From the NCBI GenBank assembly GCA_963514005.1, contig OY740812.1, positions 12,772,001-12,836,000 on the forward strand: a DNA stretch of 64,000 bases, given 5' to 3'. Position numbers and translations under genes: made by a program. Under the pieces are notes generated by a model, which worked only from the letters and a program-made list of their open reading frames with translations, ran no database searches and was not told where the DNA came from. Positions 23,560 to 37,560 of the stretch are shown piece by piece (within the stretch, counting starts at the first letter, position 1; the number at the start of each line of letters is the position of its first letter). This DNA is from Raja brachyura (Eukaryota).

Positions 23560-25345
23560 CCTCTCTCCACTCTTTCCAGCTTAACAAAATCTGTCCTATA
23601 ACAGGGCTATAACTGAAAACAATGCCAAATGTGGCCACACTGATGTCTTGTACAGCTGCAACAAAACATCCTAACTTCTGCACTCAATATCCTGACTGAT
23701 GAAGGCCATTGTGCCAAAGGCTTTCTTGACCACTGTGATACCACCTTCAAGGAACTATGTACCTGCACTCACAGATCTCTGGTGAACAACACTTTCCAAA
23801 GCCCTGTCATTTACTATGAAATTCTTGCCATGGTTTGACCTCCCAAAATACACCACCTCGTACGTATCTGTATTAAACTCCATTAACCACTCTTGCTCAA
23901 CTGATCAAAATCCTGTTGTAACTTTTTGATGAACATCTTTTCTTTTTGCGATACCACCCACTTTAGTGTCATCTGCAAACTTACTAATCATGCCTTCTAT
24001 ATTCTCGTCCAAATCGCTGATATAAAGCACAACAGCAGTGGGCCCAGCACCGATCCCTGAGGCATACCTCTTAGTCAAAGGCCAAAAAATATTTTTTGAG
24101 CAATACTCACTAATTCCATCCATGAAGCCAATTTTTTATCCAGTCAACTAGCTCTCCCTGGATCCCATGCGAGTGGCTTGAGGTTGGCCACTAGATTTTA
24201 CAGCATGGAAGCAGGGCCATGCTCACAGTACAAAGTGCTGCAGTTTCTCAGTTGGTTGGACATAGAAACATAGAAAATAGGTGCAGGAGTAGGCCATTCG
24301 GCCCTTCGAGACTGCACCGCCATTCAATATGATCATGGCTGATCATCCAACTCAGTATCCTGTACCTGCCTTCTCTCCATACCCCCTGATCCCTTTAGCC
24401 ACAAGGGCCACATCTAATTCCCTCTTAAATATAGCCAATGAACTGGCCTCAACTACCTTCCGTGTCAGAGAATTCCAGAGACTCACCATTCTCTGTGTGA
24501 AAAATGTTTTCCTCATCTCGGTCCTAAAGGAATTCCCCCTTATCCTTAGACTGTGACCCCTTGTTCTGGACCTCCCCAACATCGGGAACAATCTTCCTGC
24601 ATCTAGCATATCCAACCCCTTAGGAATTTTGTAAGTTTCTATAAGATCCCCCCCTCAGTCTTTGAAAAATTATCACTAATGCATCCATTATTTCTGTGGC
24701 TACTTCCTTGAGTACTCTGGGATGCAGACTATCTGGCCCTGGGGATTTATCGGCCTTCAATCCATTCAGTTTTACTCAACACCACTTCTCGGCTAACCTA
24801 GATTTCACTCAGTTCCTCCACCTTATTTGACCCCCGGTCCCCTGCTATTTCCGGCAGATTATTTATGTCTTCCTTAGTGAAGACAGAACCAAAGTAGTTA
24901 TTCAATTGGTCTGCCATGTCCTTGTTCCCCATGATCAATTCACCTGTTTCTCAAGGAACCTACATTTGTTTTAACTAATCTCTTTCTCTTCACATATCTA
25001 TAAAAATGTTTGCAGTCAGTTTTTATGTTCCCTGCCAGTTTTCTTTCATAATCTATTTTCCTTTTCCTAATTAAGCCCTTTGTCCTCCTCTGCTGGACTC
25101 TGAATTTCTCCCAGTCCTCTGGTTGGCTGCTTTTTCTGGCTAATTTGTATGCTTCATCTTTTGTTTTTATACTATCCCTGAATTCCCTTGTTATCCATGG
25201 ATGCACTACCTTCCCTGATTTATTCTTTTGCCAAACTGGGATGAACAATTGTTGTAGTTCATCCATGCAGTCTTCCATTGCACATCCACTGTCAACCCTT
25301 TAAGAATCACTTGCCAGTCTATCTTGGCCAATTCATGTCTCATTC
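23560..25345 (-). mobile_element. Cluster of CR1 LINE fragments (about 23560-24172 and 24262-25345)
   Basis: ISKFADDTKVGG (ORF 23905-24123), RTRGHSLRIRG..FFTQRMV (24352-24615), PWITRE..IKTK..YVKRKR (24940-25278). Confidence 0.88.
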
Positions 25346-25874
25346 CCTTCACAGACGACATCTGTGAAGGGAATGCATATCCAAAACACCTTCCAATTTA
25401 CAGCACGGAAGCAGGCCTTTCACCCATGCTCAAAGCATAGAGTGCTGCAGTTACTAAATTGGTCAGTCAGCATTTGCGAAGGGAATGGATATCCAAAAGT
25501 CTGTCCATTCCATTCACGGATGCTGCCTGGCCTGCTGAGTCAAACTTCAGCACTTTGTGTATTGTTCAAGATTCCCGCATCTGCAGTTCTGTATGTCTTC
25601 CTTGTGAAGAATGCTAGGACAATCTTTATTTGTTTTTTCTAGATCCAGGCTCTGACTTCTGAAATTTCGCCATTTTGCCTCCAGTTTGTTCAGTGTATGC
25701 ATGTTATGTTTATAAATGGAAAATAGCAATCCGAGTCTCTACAGCATTTTCTATTATCATTCTGTGTAGGGAGACTAGATCCTCAATCATGATCAAACTA
25801 AAATTTTAGATCAACTTGGTATAACCCAATGCACTTAACATTAAAACTGATTGTGTGCACTTGACACTTGACAA

Positions 25875-26200
25875 GGATGGCATGGTGGCGCAGTGGTAGA
25901 TTTGATGCTTTACAGCGCCAAAGACCCAGGTTTTATCAGATTCTATTCTGACTACAGGTGCTGTCTGTATGAAATTTGTATGGTCTCACCGTGACCTGTG
26001 TGGGTTTTCTCTGGGTGCTCCGGTTTCCTCCCACACCCCAAAGGCGTACAGGTTTGTCTGTTGATTGGCTTGGTATAAATGTAAAATTATCTCTAGTGTG
26101 TGTAGGATGGTGTTAGTTTGTGGGATCGCTGGTTGGTGCAGATTCGGTGGGCCGAAGGACCAGTTTTCGCGCTGTATCTCCAAACTAAACTAAATTAAAC
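25875..26200 (+). mobile_element. HE1-type tRNA-derived V-SINE
   Basis: A-box tggcgcagtgg, central gggtgctccggtttcctcccaca domain, (ctaaa)n tail. Confidence 0.85.
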
Positions 26201-26586
26201 TTGGTTTAATGTTTATGTAGTTCCCTGTCTTTTGCAATTCTATATATATCAAATTCATTCAATTAACCTCTATAGATATATATAAAAAAAGAGAGCAGTC
26301 GATGTTTCAGGTCGGTGTTTTCATCTGGACTGGTGACTTACTGAAGCTGTCTGAGTTCCTCCAGCAGCTCCCCTTTTTTTGCTCCAGATCTGCAGTCTGT
26401 TGATAATAATCCTTCAATTATTAAGTGTATTCTTTGTCTACTTTGATTACTTGGTATAGTTAACCAGGCTTGACCTTATCTTTTGAAAGCAATTCTGATT
26501 AATCTTAATAATATTCTTGGTTTCCAGATGTCTTTCTGTTACATCCATATAAGTAAAGATTCCAATATCTTTCCAACCTGTAAGAT

Positions 26587-27201
26587 ATGTTGATGCTTTG
26601 CAAAGCCTTTCAAAATTTTTGCTGTGGAAATTGCATGGAAGGTAATACAGAAGGTACAAAACAGAGGAAAAAGAGGCAGAATGATAGTAACAAAGAAATC
26701 CACTTCAGAAAAAGATCCTCAGAGCGGATCGGTGAGAACTTAAGAAAAAGAACAGATAAAGCAAAAGATGCAAGACACCAAAAGGGGAATTCTTCTCCAA
26801 CACTAGGAAGGAGATCAAACAGACAGCACAGCAAAGAAAATATGAATGTTAAAGGCATTATGTCACGTGGAGGCAGAGTAAGCAGACAGCAGAGCAGGGA
26901 GAGTATAAATATTAGAAATAGTCATCGATCACGTTGGGGCCGAGGAAGCCGATCCCGCAGCAGAGAGTATGTTGGGGACAAAAGATATTCTAAAGATAAC
27001 AAAAGAAAAATAAGCAAACAACCCAGTCGAGAGAGCTTGAACGTCAGAAAAAAATCTGCAGGTAAAAGAGGTAGAGTAAGCAGACAGTCCAGCAGAGAAT
27101 CGTTATATGACGGAAGATACACTGGAGCACACAAAAGAAGTAGAACCAGCCTGCCTGGCAGAGAGAAACCGAGGGGTCCAAGAAAACACATTAACAGCTA
27201 G
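26587..27201 (+). CDS. Uncharacterised intronless basic Arg/Lys/Ser-rich repeat protein, 204 aa (putative)
   Basis: ORF in non-transposon sequence with an in-frame stop just upstream of the ATG, candidate acceptor ttcttggtttccag at 26527, six about 22-aa repeats (GRVSRQxSRES-like), and AATAAA signals at 27739-27748. Confidence 0.6.
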   Translation: MLMLCKAFQNFCCGNCMEGNTEGTKQRKKRQNDSNKEIHFRKRSSERIGENLRKRTDKAKDARHQKGNSSPTLGRRSNRQHSKENMNVKGIMSRGGRVSRQQSRESINIRNSHRSRWGRGSRSRSREYVGDKRYSKDNKRKISKQPSRESLNVRKKSAGKRGRVSRQSSRESLYDGRYTGAHKRSRTSLPGREKPRGPRKHINS

Positions 27202-27738
27202 AAAGAATACAAGCATGCAATTCAGCAAAGAAAAGATTAATGCTAAGAAAATGACTTGCACAGGGGATGCAAGCAGACAGCACAGTGTAAAGTGAGTAAG
27301 AAGAAAGTCATTACAGTGGACTGCGTGTTTGAGCAGGTGGCATGGCAGCGAGACTTAGAAAGAAGGAGATGTCTCGGCAGCCACAGAGGGCAAACTACAG
27401 AGGAAACTGAAATTATGGAGAAAAGGCACCGCACCAAGAGGAAAAGAGAGGCAAACAGCCCCACAAAGAGAGATTGAGCAGGAGCCCAGTTCAGGTGAAC
27501 TGGAGGAGAGGAAACTAATGTAACGCAAGGATAGGATCATCATTTTGCGCACTTAGAATTAAACTACTGGAACCTGGAATCCACAAGAGAAACACCTGCA
27601 GAAAGAAAAAAATTAAAATGACAATGTGTGCAAGTTAAAATGTTAAATTAATAACCATGGTTTGTTTTGTGTTGCTATCAGAATTTTTTAACATTTGGGT
27701 TGAGGTGTTCGCTCATGCTTGTTCACCTTACACCTGTA

Positions 27739-27748
27739 AATAAATAAA
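27739..27748 (+). terminator. Overlapping AATAAA polyadenylation signals for the 204-aa ORF transcript
   Basis: aataaataaa about 540 nt after the stop at 27201. Confidence 0.45.
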
Positions 27749-28609
27749 GTCTGAGAAAAAAATATGCTTCTTTAATCACGTAAGTTCAACAAATGGCAAC
27801 AGTATGGTGGTAACTGGCAGGACCATCTGGACACCTGTACAAGTGATGACAACCACCTACAAAATGGGCATTGACACTCAATCTTATGACTATATATTTT
27901 GATTGTAGATAAATGATGTAAATACACCACCAAAATTAAAAATAATTAAGATGGAGGTAAATTAAACAGCAATACATAAAAAGTTCCAGAGTTTGACTTT
28001 TAAATGTGTAAGTAATCATGCCATCACGATTGAACAATGCGTAACAGAACTTTCATTGTAAAGTTAGGTAAGAAATGGCCTTATCTGGGCATTTTGGAGA
28101 ATGAAAGTAGACCTGTAGTTAACAGAATGGTTAAATTTTAGTTAAAGAAGAGTTTTGAACTGATTAGGAATCTCAAAAAAGATTACGCTGCAACAGAGGG
28201 CATGGCTGAGGAGCAAATTAAGGACTTTGCATCTCTCTGTATAAAGGAAGATGATGCTGTCAATGTCACCATTGGAGAAAAGCTAGTTGAGACACTAGAG
28301 AGCCTACAAATTGTTCAGAAGATGATATTAGAAGGACTCTTGTTGCTCTTACTCTACTGATTTGCCAGGATGGATGGAATGCATCAAAGATTACTGAGGT
28401 AAGTAATAGTGGAATTTGCAGAGCTGCTGATTATATAATCTCGACTTGAAAAAAAGGGACAGTGCGTGTGTCTAGAGAACTACAAATGTTACACCTTATT
28501 CTGAAAAGATGATAAGAATAAATGTGTCAACTCTGCACTGATCAACTAAATGTTGATGGTGGGAAACCTGGAAATTATATACCAAACCATAATTAATCAT
28601 AACCATAAT

Positions 28610-29070
28610 ATACCATAACCTTCGCTCAGTCCGCCTGGACCTACCTGATCTCCCAGTTGCCAAACACTTTAATTCCCATTCCCACACTGACTTATTTGTC
28701 CTAGGCCTTCTCTAGAGTGAGGCTAAACGCAATATTCATATTTTGCTTGGGCAGTTTACAACCCAATGGTATGAATCTTGATTTCTCTAACTTCAGGTAA
28801 CCTCTGCATTCCCTCTCTCTCCATCCCTCCCCCACCCGTCGCACCAGTTTCTCGTTTTCACATAGCAAATGGCTGTTTCCTTTATCATTGTTACTTTTCT
28901 GTACATTTTTCACTAATTTGTTCTATATCTCTCTACATCATCATCTATATATCTTGTTTCCCTTTACCCTCAGTCTAAAGAAGGGTCTCGACTCGAAACA
29001 TGACCCATTCCTTCTCTCCAGAAATGCTGTCTGTCCCGCAGAGTTACTCCAGCATTTTGTGTCTATCTTC
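28610..29070 (+). mobile_element. Penelope-like 3' end with pseudo-LTR and a degenerate hammerhead core
   Basis: Similar to 20830-21360; ctaaagaagggtctcgactcgaaacatg at about 28975. Confidence 0.8.
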
Positions 29071-29169
29071 ATAATTAATGATTGTTTGACCATAAAGGAA
29101 AGCTAACCCCATTATTTTAACAAATTTGACAGAGTTCTTTGGTGACTTTGGAGAGGATTGATGAGGTGT

Positions 29170-29485
29170 TTTAGTTTAAAGATACAGCATGGAAACATGC
29201 CCTTAGATCCACAAAGTAGACGCCGACCATCAATCACCCGTCCACATTAGTTCTATGTTATCCCTCTTTCTCACCCACTCCCTATACACTAGGAGCAATA
29301 TACAGAGGTCAACTAAATAAAACTGCACATCTTTGGGATGCAAGAGGAAACCAGAATACCCAGAGGAAACCCACACTGTCACAGGGAGAACATGCAAATT
29401 CCACACAGACTGCACCCAAAGTCAGGATTGAACTCGGGTCTCTGGTGCTGTGAGGCAGCACCTATACCAGCTGCACCACTGTGTT
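29170..29485 (-). mobile_element. HE1-type V-SINE
   Basis: Reverse-complement copy of the 25875-26200 family. Confidence 0.82.
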
Positions 29486-32400
29486 ACTCATGAGATTGAC
29501 CCGAATACATTCGATAATATGTACATGATATATTTATCAGCAGCATTGGAGAACATGGAATAAAAGAGGCAATTGTAGCATGGATGCAAAACTGGCTTAG
29601 CAACAGAGCATGGTTATGAGATTGTTTTTCTCTCAATAAATTGCACTCCCCAGAGGATGGTGCTGGAGACAAATGTTTTTTGACATATACATTAATAACT
29701 CGAATTCTGTACAGTGTTTTATTTTAGGAATGTGACAGACCTCACATGAATTTAGAATGGCTGTCACAGGCAAATGAAATATAATATAGGGATATACAAC
29801 ATGATAAAGTGTTAGTACAAATGATAGTAGAGGAAATAATACAAAGGGTACATTTCTAAACACAGTATACAGATCTTTGAAAATACCTGGAAAGATTAAA
29901 GAAATGGCACATTGGATCTCAAGATCAAGATTGATATGTAGAACCAGAGGGAGAGATAGTGGTTGGAAGGGAACATGGTTGATGGAGGAAAGTCGGGGAT
30001 ACGGAGTCTGAAGGGTGTGAAAGATAGAGGAGGGAAAAGGAACTGTGTGACGGGCAGTGGAAGTGGATCGATGTGCATGGGTTTCTGCTTCTGCAATCAT
30101 TTAAGTGAGTTTCAAACTCCTGTCACTGGTGGGTTATTTCTTGGTCTCCTCTAATCCTACATTATGCTTCTGCTATTTTACCTCTCTGGCAATGAAAATA
30201 GGTCTTTCCATTTGCTTTGCCTATCATGATTTTATAAACGTCAATTAACTTTACCCTTAGCCTCCAATGTTGCAAAGGAAACAATCCCCATCTATGCAAT
30301 CCTTTTTTTCAGTCCTGGACACATTTACATAAATGTTTGCACCTGCTCCAGTGCACTCACTTATTTCCTGTATTGTGACCAGAATTTTACTGAGAACCAA
30401 ACTACTCTGGCATAACCAACTTGCTCTTCCATTGCATGGCCCATATGACAAAAGCACACGGTATTCTTTTTTAACCACTTATTGACTGTCTTGCCACCAT
30501 TAAGGTCATATAGTCATACATCACAGAAGTAGACTATTGCCTCACCCATGAATGGATGTTTGGGTCACCCACTGTGTACAGTTTTATTTTCCTTATTTAA
30601 GAAATAATATAACACCCATATTGGAGCATTCCAGAAGCAATTCATTGGACTAATTTCCCAGTTGGAAGGGTTAAAATAATTTTGATTGCATTCTTTAGAA
30701 TATAGAAGAATGAGGGGTGATCTTATTGAAACATAAGGGCACAATGGCATGGTATATGTCAAGATATTTTCACTGGTGGGTAGGTTTTGCATGAGCACAC
30801 ATAATACAAGATAAATGGACGGTCATTTACAGATCGAATGTTGAAATTCTCTACTTCAGAATGTTGTGGAGGCTACAATAGTAGTCACTCTACAGAAAAT
30901 GCAAAGGAATTTCATACAGCTGCTGGTTCTTGGACACACAATTGTTATAATAAGGTTTTGATTCTTGAGAGAACATCCACAGGCTACACACTGCGCCGCT
31001 CTACATGGGCTTAGATAAAGGCACATTGAGCACCCAGAGGGTCAGGAGCAAGCAACCTGATTCAAGGGCAGAGCCCTCATTCATCGTGAAGATCACCACA
31101 GGAGGCAAACCATTATGTGAGATGGATTGGAAGGTCTTCCAGTACAATAGCTGTGCACACCTGGTAATCGGTTGTAGCAGAAATAGAAGAGAAAGGGAAT
31201 AGTGCAGAGAATTATTCTGCACATCAGCAGATACATGGAGCTGAAATCTCCAGTTGGCAAATTTAAAAATGGTGTAGGTGTGTCGGGCTACACAGTCATG
31301 GACATAGAGAAAATAAAATGAGATTTAAGCGCACAACCTTGAAAGCTCCAGCGATGATGGTCAGCGAGCTGGAAGTATAGTTGTCAATACATTCTGACTA
31401 AGGTCTGCTGATAGGAAGTCGAAGACTAGATGCACAGGGACAAACAGTTCCATGAGTTTGACGATAAGATTAGAAGAGATGAATGCTGAGCTGTGCTTGT
31501 TGAACACCAACCTGTCGTATGTGTTCCTGTTGTACAAGTGGTGCAACACAGAGAATGGAGACAACCTGCTGTTGATCTGTTTTGGCACATACATCTCAAC
31601 CATGCTGTCATTGGGCATGGAGATCATAGAACAATGGGTCCTTCAACCGATTACCAGATGTGCAGTCCTATTGTACCGCCAAACATGATATCAAGTTAAA
31701 CTGATTTAATCTACCCATACAAGATCAATATCCCTCTATTCCTTGCACTTCCAAGTGCCTATCTAGAGGCCTCTTGCCTCCTACACCACCACTGGCAATG
31801 GGTTCCAGGCCCGTACTACTCTGTATAAAATTCATGCCCTGCATATCTCTATTAAACTTTCCCCTTCTCACCTTATAGTTAGAAACTCTAGTGTTAGATA
31901 TTTTAACCCTGGATAAAAAGATTCTTAATGTCTATCTTATCTATGCTTCTCATATATTTTTTACTTCTATCGAGTCTCCCCTCAGCTTTGACTGGAGACT
32001 TCGTAGAGAATAGTCAGGCATTCAGATGCCAGTGCATTCATACCCTCAATCAAGTAATCTCCTTTAAGAATATAGATTAGTTCATTGTAATGCTTTCATT
32101 TCTTTTGCCTAACTTGGAGCACAAATCTCTGCCGTTAACTCTCAGATAAAAAGCAGGCGAACTGCAATTCTGAAAAGGAAGCCTGATATTGCACCGAGTC
32201 TAGCAAACTGAAATCACCAAGTTGTTGAGGATAAATTATGTGATTCTGATAGCATCAGTATTTTTCTATTATGCTTCAGTAGGACATTTAATCTAATACA
32301 GTAACATTATAACTTATCCAATGTCTGCACATTTTGTTCATGAAAATAATCCTGGTTATGTGGCTATTGAGTCAGATGAATGAAATATGCAGATATTCTC

Positions 32401-35400
32401 AATGGAAGGAGCTTTTAGCCAATACAGAATTGATCTAATATAATGAAACATTGTGCCCAGGCTGAGTAAATTTAGCCTAACATTTTCAGCAGTATCATAG
32501 AGGAATCACCGTGCATTTTTACGTAATCTAGAGTTAAATAAACCTCTGTGTATTTCACTCAAAGCTAAGCACAATTATTCGACTCCACTGACAAGAGTCT
32601 ACAGAGGGCAAAGTAAATGATGAGTTCAGGAAATGAGCACTTTTTGTAGTTGTATGAATGTCTTTCAATAGCCACTGCTTACGTAGTCAACGAGAGAGTA
32701 ATAGATTCTTTGAAATTTGGCCTCATATGGTACTGAAAAATAACTGCGGACATAAGAATGAGTGAAGAAGCGTGTCGACCTGATACATCACCGATTCATT
32801 CCCTCCATGGTTGCTGCCTCACCCTCTGAATTCCTCCATCACTTTCGGTTTTGCTGTCAAAAAAAAATTGTCATGTTTGAGGGAAATTACTGCATCATTT
32901 GAAGAAGTATTTGAGTGTGCTAGAAACCAAGTAATTCCTGACAGCGTATCCAGAAGCCCCTTCTGCACAGCATGCTATTCTGATATTCCATTGTTCAGGT
33001 CCCTTCTTCTTACTCCTCAATTTCCCCCTTCATCTTGTGATTCTTGTTGCTGCACCATTTGCTGGAGGTTCCTGGTTTAGTTTATTGTCACATGTACTGA
33101 GGTGCAGTAAAAAGTTGCTAACCACAGGCTCAGCAAAAACAACTGCCAGGTCTGATAGAATTGTAGACCTCTGAGGCAAATGTTGGTGCTGAGATCCACA
33201 CAGTAAAGCCCAGGCCTTTGTATGATGTGGAGAGAAGGGATGGAGAGAGAGCTGGGAACAAATAGTGAAGGTTAACCAGCAATGATGCAGATACTTGCAG
33301 GATTGATCAGGGTTTGGTAGAGAAATGATTGGTGGGGAGAAATGGCTTGGTGGTTATTGACAGAAGTTGGGGATTGGGTGCAGTCACAAAAAAAAATAAT
33401 TGAAAGGAGAACTTATGCAAAACATTTCTCAATGGCAGGTGTGATTGATAAATGGTGAGAGCCTTGCATGCTGCTGCAAGCAGGTCTCAGTCCACTGATG
33501 AAGGCCTGCATCAGAATGCAAGACTCTCACCGTTCACCATTCACATCTGCCATAGAGTCATACAGTTATGCAGCTTGGCAAAAGGCCTGTCAGCCTAACT
33601 CGTACATCCATTCCTGAGCTAGTCCCATTTGCCTGTGCATGGCTCATATCCCTCCAATTCTTTTCTATCCTTGTACCTGACCAAATGTTTTTTTAAACGT
33701 TGTAATTGTTGCCGACTGATTTTCTGAAATGAGAACATAACATGGTGGCACATCATTTGGTGGTGCCAACATCCTACACACAAGAAATCCCAACACAAAA
33801 CAATTATGTTGGGAAACACTGCCGAAGTAACCACATAGTTCATGATGATTCACTTAAGTATAACAAAAATGGTGCAAGCAAGAACAGATACCATCTGCAT
33901 ACAAAACTGGACAGAAGACAGCAAAGCAGATTATTGGCAGTCAAGCAAGTTAAAAAAGAAGTCCAAGAGTATTAGGACTGATGGGAGGTGTGATCTTTTA
34001 CCATTTATGGAGGCTGATTGTGTTATGAGATTAACTTGATTGGGAAAGAGGTTCATTTAAAGAGTTGAGGATTGGTTGAAAAAAATGCATTCAGACTATC
34101 AGGACATTGAATGAGCTTCTGCACTAATATAGGGATTTACTTAGACATTTCGTGGCATGAAGTTCATAAATAAGCAGATAGAAGAGCTAGGTAAAAGTGA
34201 TGTAGGATATTGGTAAAAGTGGCACAGCGAATAGGAAACAGCCATTAAAATGGTTTCCAAAACCATCCAGCTGGACAATGAAGATGAACAATAGCTTCTA
34301 CCCAAATTGCAACATTTGTATAAAGTTGTCGAAGACATAGTTTTTGCAAAGTCCTCTTTCAGGTTCACGCCTGGATGAAAGTAGGGAAGGAAAGCTAGCA
34401 ATTCATGATAATTAATGTGTAGAAGACATTCCAGTTATGTGCTAAACTATCGAATGAGGCACCAACAATATTCCAGGCAATCATGCTAAGATGCTGTAGG
34501 TGGAACTGCAGATGCTGGTTTACACCGAAGATAAAACACAAAATGCTGGAGTAAATCAGCATCTATGGAGAAAAAGAATAGGTGACATTTGGGGTTGAGA
34601 CCCTTCTTCAGATCTTGAGGCGAAACATCAACTACTCCTTTTCTCCATGGTGAGATGCTGCATGGGATCCAACATTGTCTGAATTGTTTGAATGATTGTG
34701 TCAGCATATTGTCAAAATTAATCAATCCATAAAGTGGTAATTACATGCTCTGAAGGCATTAGATAATGAATTTCCTGTCACAGCAGTGGATATGGCAGTT
34801 ACATAAAGAAACCCAATTTAAAGCATACTTCATGGGCAGATTAATTCGGACACAAATTTGTCTGATGAGGTGACGCTGTTTCATTGTGGACAATGTGAAT
34901 TACCCATTAACAAGAACTGTATAAAACATGGAAGCAAGAAGAGAGTGACAGAAGTATATATTATAAGTGAACTTCACATTTGGCTACAGTAAATAAGAGG
35001 TACTAACCAGTAGATTTGTCTATTGATCTGGGATGAATGAAGATGTAGATATAGTCACTGGATGTACATTGTTTCAGGACAATTTAACACAACCACAAAA
35101 GTACTATTATAATTATGGAAGTGATCAGTTGGACTATTCCAATGGGTCCAATTCAACAAATGTAGTAAACTTTCAAAATTATGCTAAGGTCTTGCAACGG
35201 TTATGGAGAAAATTAATTTGAATGGCAATTGAAACAAAGGATTTTTTTTTTTAAAGGAGAAAATATTGTTAACAAATAATTTAATAGTAGTTCTGAAATA
35301 AGGTTCTGAAATCTTCAGCTTGTTTCTTAACTGCAAATTGGGTAACAGGCATTGCATCTTTTAAAAACATTTGCAAAGCATTTCAAATTACCTCTTCCTC

Positions 35401-35879
35401 TTTCGCCCCACGGGTTCCAAAAACTGCAAGCTATTTCCTAATACTGAGCCATCAAACAGAATTTTAGTAGCACCACAGTCAACAAATGTGTTCCTTAGTA
35501 AAACTCCATGCCAATTCAGCTGCATTGGGTGAGAACCTAAATGGCTGAGTGGACAAGATGTTCTTAGTGGTTGACGGTTTGAAGAAGGATACCCTTTATA
35601 AGCAAAATACAACGTTTTGAAGGAACTCAGCTAGTCAGACAACATTCATGGAGGGAATGGACAGACAACATTTTAAAATGGGGCCCTTTTCGAAAATTGT
35701 CTGTCCATTCCCCCCACGGATGCTGCCTGACAAGCTGAATTCCTCCAGCATTTTGTGTTTTGCTCAAGATTCCAACATATGTAGTTCCTTGTGCACCATA
35801 CCTTCCATGTGGCAATTGTCAGCCTGCATCTGCCCCTCCCCTTGCACCTACCAATTCACCATCACATAACGTCTTCCCC

Positions 35880-37560
35880 TTATTGCTTTCTATAATTAAG
35901 AAATTTGCTTAGAAAATAATAATAATAAGCAAGTCAATCCAGATTTATGAAAGGGAAACATTTTTGACAAACCTTTTTTGATGTTGTAACTAGCAGAATG
36001 AATAAGGGTAAACTTGATGAAGTGGTATATTTAGAATTTCAAGTCTTCAATTAGGTTTCATACAAGACATTATAAATATTTAAAAAATGACATCCTGCTC
36101 TGGATTGAGGATTAGTTAACAGATTGAAACAAAGAGTAAGAATAAATGGGTCATTTGGGGTCTGGAGTGTTCAATGGAGAGCGTTTTGACTGGTTGCATC
36201 GCGGCCTTGAATGCCCAGGAGCAAAGAAGACTGTAAAGGCTGTGATTATATCCCAGTCCATCACGGGTTTTGACCTTCTCACCATCGAAGGGATCTACCG
36301 GAATCACTGCCTCAAAAGGCAGCCAACATCATCAGAGATCCACACCAACCTGGCCATAAACTCATTTCACCCCTGCCATCAGGAAGAAGGTACAGGAGCC
36401 TGAAAACTGTAATGTTCAGGAGCAGAGTCTTCCCTACAGCCATTGGGCTATTAAATACCACAACCTTAAATATATTACACTATTATTTTTCAATTTTTAA
36501 TGTATGTATATAATATATTTGTATGTGTATGTGTGTGTGCATATGTACATATACACACACTGAACATTGTTTTCTCATTACATTGTTTAAAGTGTACTAT
36601 GTTTACATATTCTGTTGTGCTGCTGCACGTAAGAATTGAATTGATCTATCTGGGACATATAACAATAAAACACTCTTGCTTGACTCTTGGATCTTTGGCG
36701 GATGCGGGGAACAATGTTGCAATTTAAGCTGTTCACAATCTATATTAATAATATATGAGGGGATCATGTGCAACATGTCCACGTTTGCTGATGATGAAAA
36801 GCTGGATGGCTGTGTTGGCTGTGAGGATACAGGGGGGTTTTAGCGAGAAGCTAGGTTAAAAGAATGAGCAAGGACATGGCAGGTCAAATATAATCTGGAA
36901 GAGTGTGGGGTCACCTACCTTGATAGGGAAAATGGAAAGACATGTTATTTTTTAAATTATGGCATTATGAAAAATGTAGGAGGTCAGAGGGTGCTGTGTT
37001 AACATGTAGATGCAAATGGGTTTAATTGTAAGAGGACTTGGCAACATCACAAATGAAAGTTATCCAGCTCCAACTGTACAGAAACTTGGCGATATTAAAT
37101 CTGAAATACTGTTTGTGATTGAAGGAGTGCAACAATGTTTCATCAGATTGATTCGTGGGGCCCCAGGCTTGTTGTCAGAGGAGATATTAAACACACCCAG
37201 TCTATATGGTTTTGAATTTAAGAGAAAGAGAGGTAGTTTAAGTGTAACTTGCAAATTTCTTACAGGGCTTGAATCATAAGATAATGTTTCTACTGGTTGG
37301 AATGATGATAGCCACTGGGATCAGTCATTCTGGACTGGGATAAGAAGTCCTTCTAAAAGTTTAACTGCTAGGAAATGAGGCAGGCAGTTAGTGAATCTTT
37401 GGAACTCTCCGCCAAAGACGGTTCTCGAGGCTCAGGCACTCAGTGCATTCAAAACAGTGATACAGAGGGCTTTTTAAAAATAATTAAAGGAATCAAGGGA
37501 TATTGGGATAGGAAAGTAGCGTTGGGGTGAAAGATGAGCCATGATCTTATTGAATATCAG
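35880..37560 (+). mobile_element. Degenerate CR1 RT remnant with a nested Rex/Babar-like 3' end (about 36160-36690)
   Basis: Decayed VYL.FQ and STFADD.K motifs; nested segment resembles 60890-61381. Confidence 0.6.

Noticed and set aside
23000-23683. 227-aa and 140-aa minus-strand ORFs with PNPNPN/PEPEP tracts
   Set aside because: Produced by the GC-rich island and minisatellite; unit lengths are not multiples of 3 and the ORF starts lie in a CR1 fragment.
25875-25960. tRNA gene
   Set aside because: A/B boxes belong to the tRNA-derived head of a SINE; no full cloverleaf. Same for 63773-63850.
33740-35220. Purine-rich, pseudogene-like stretch
   Set aside because: No sustained frame or family signature by eye; needs BLASTX.
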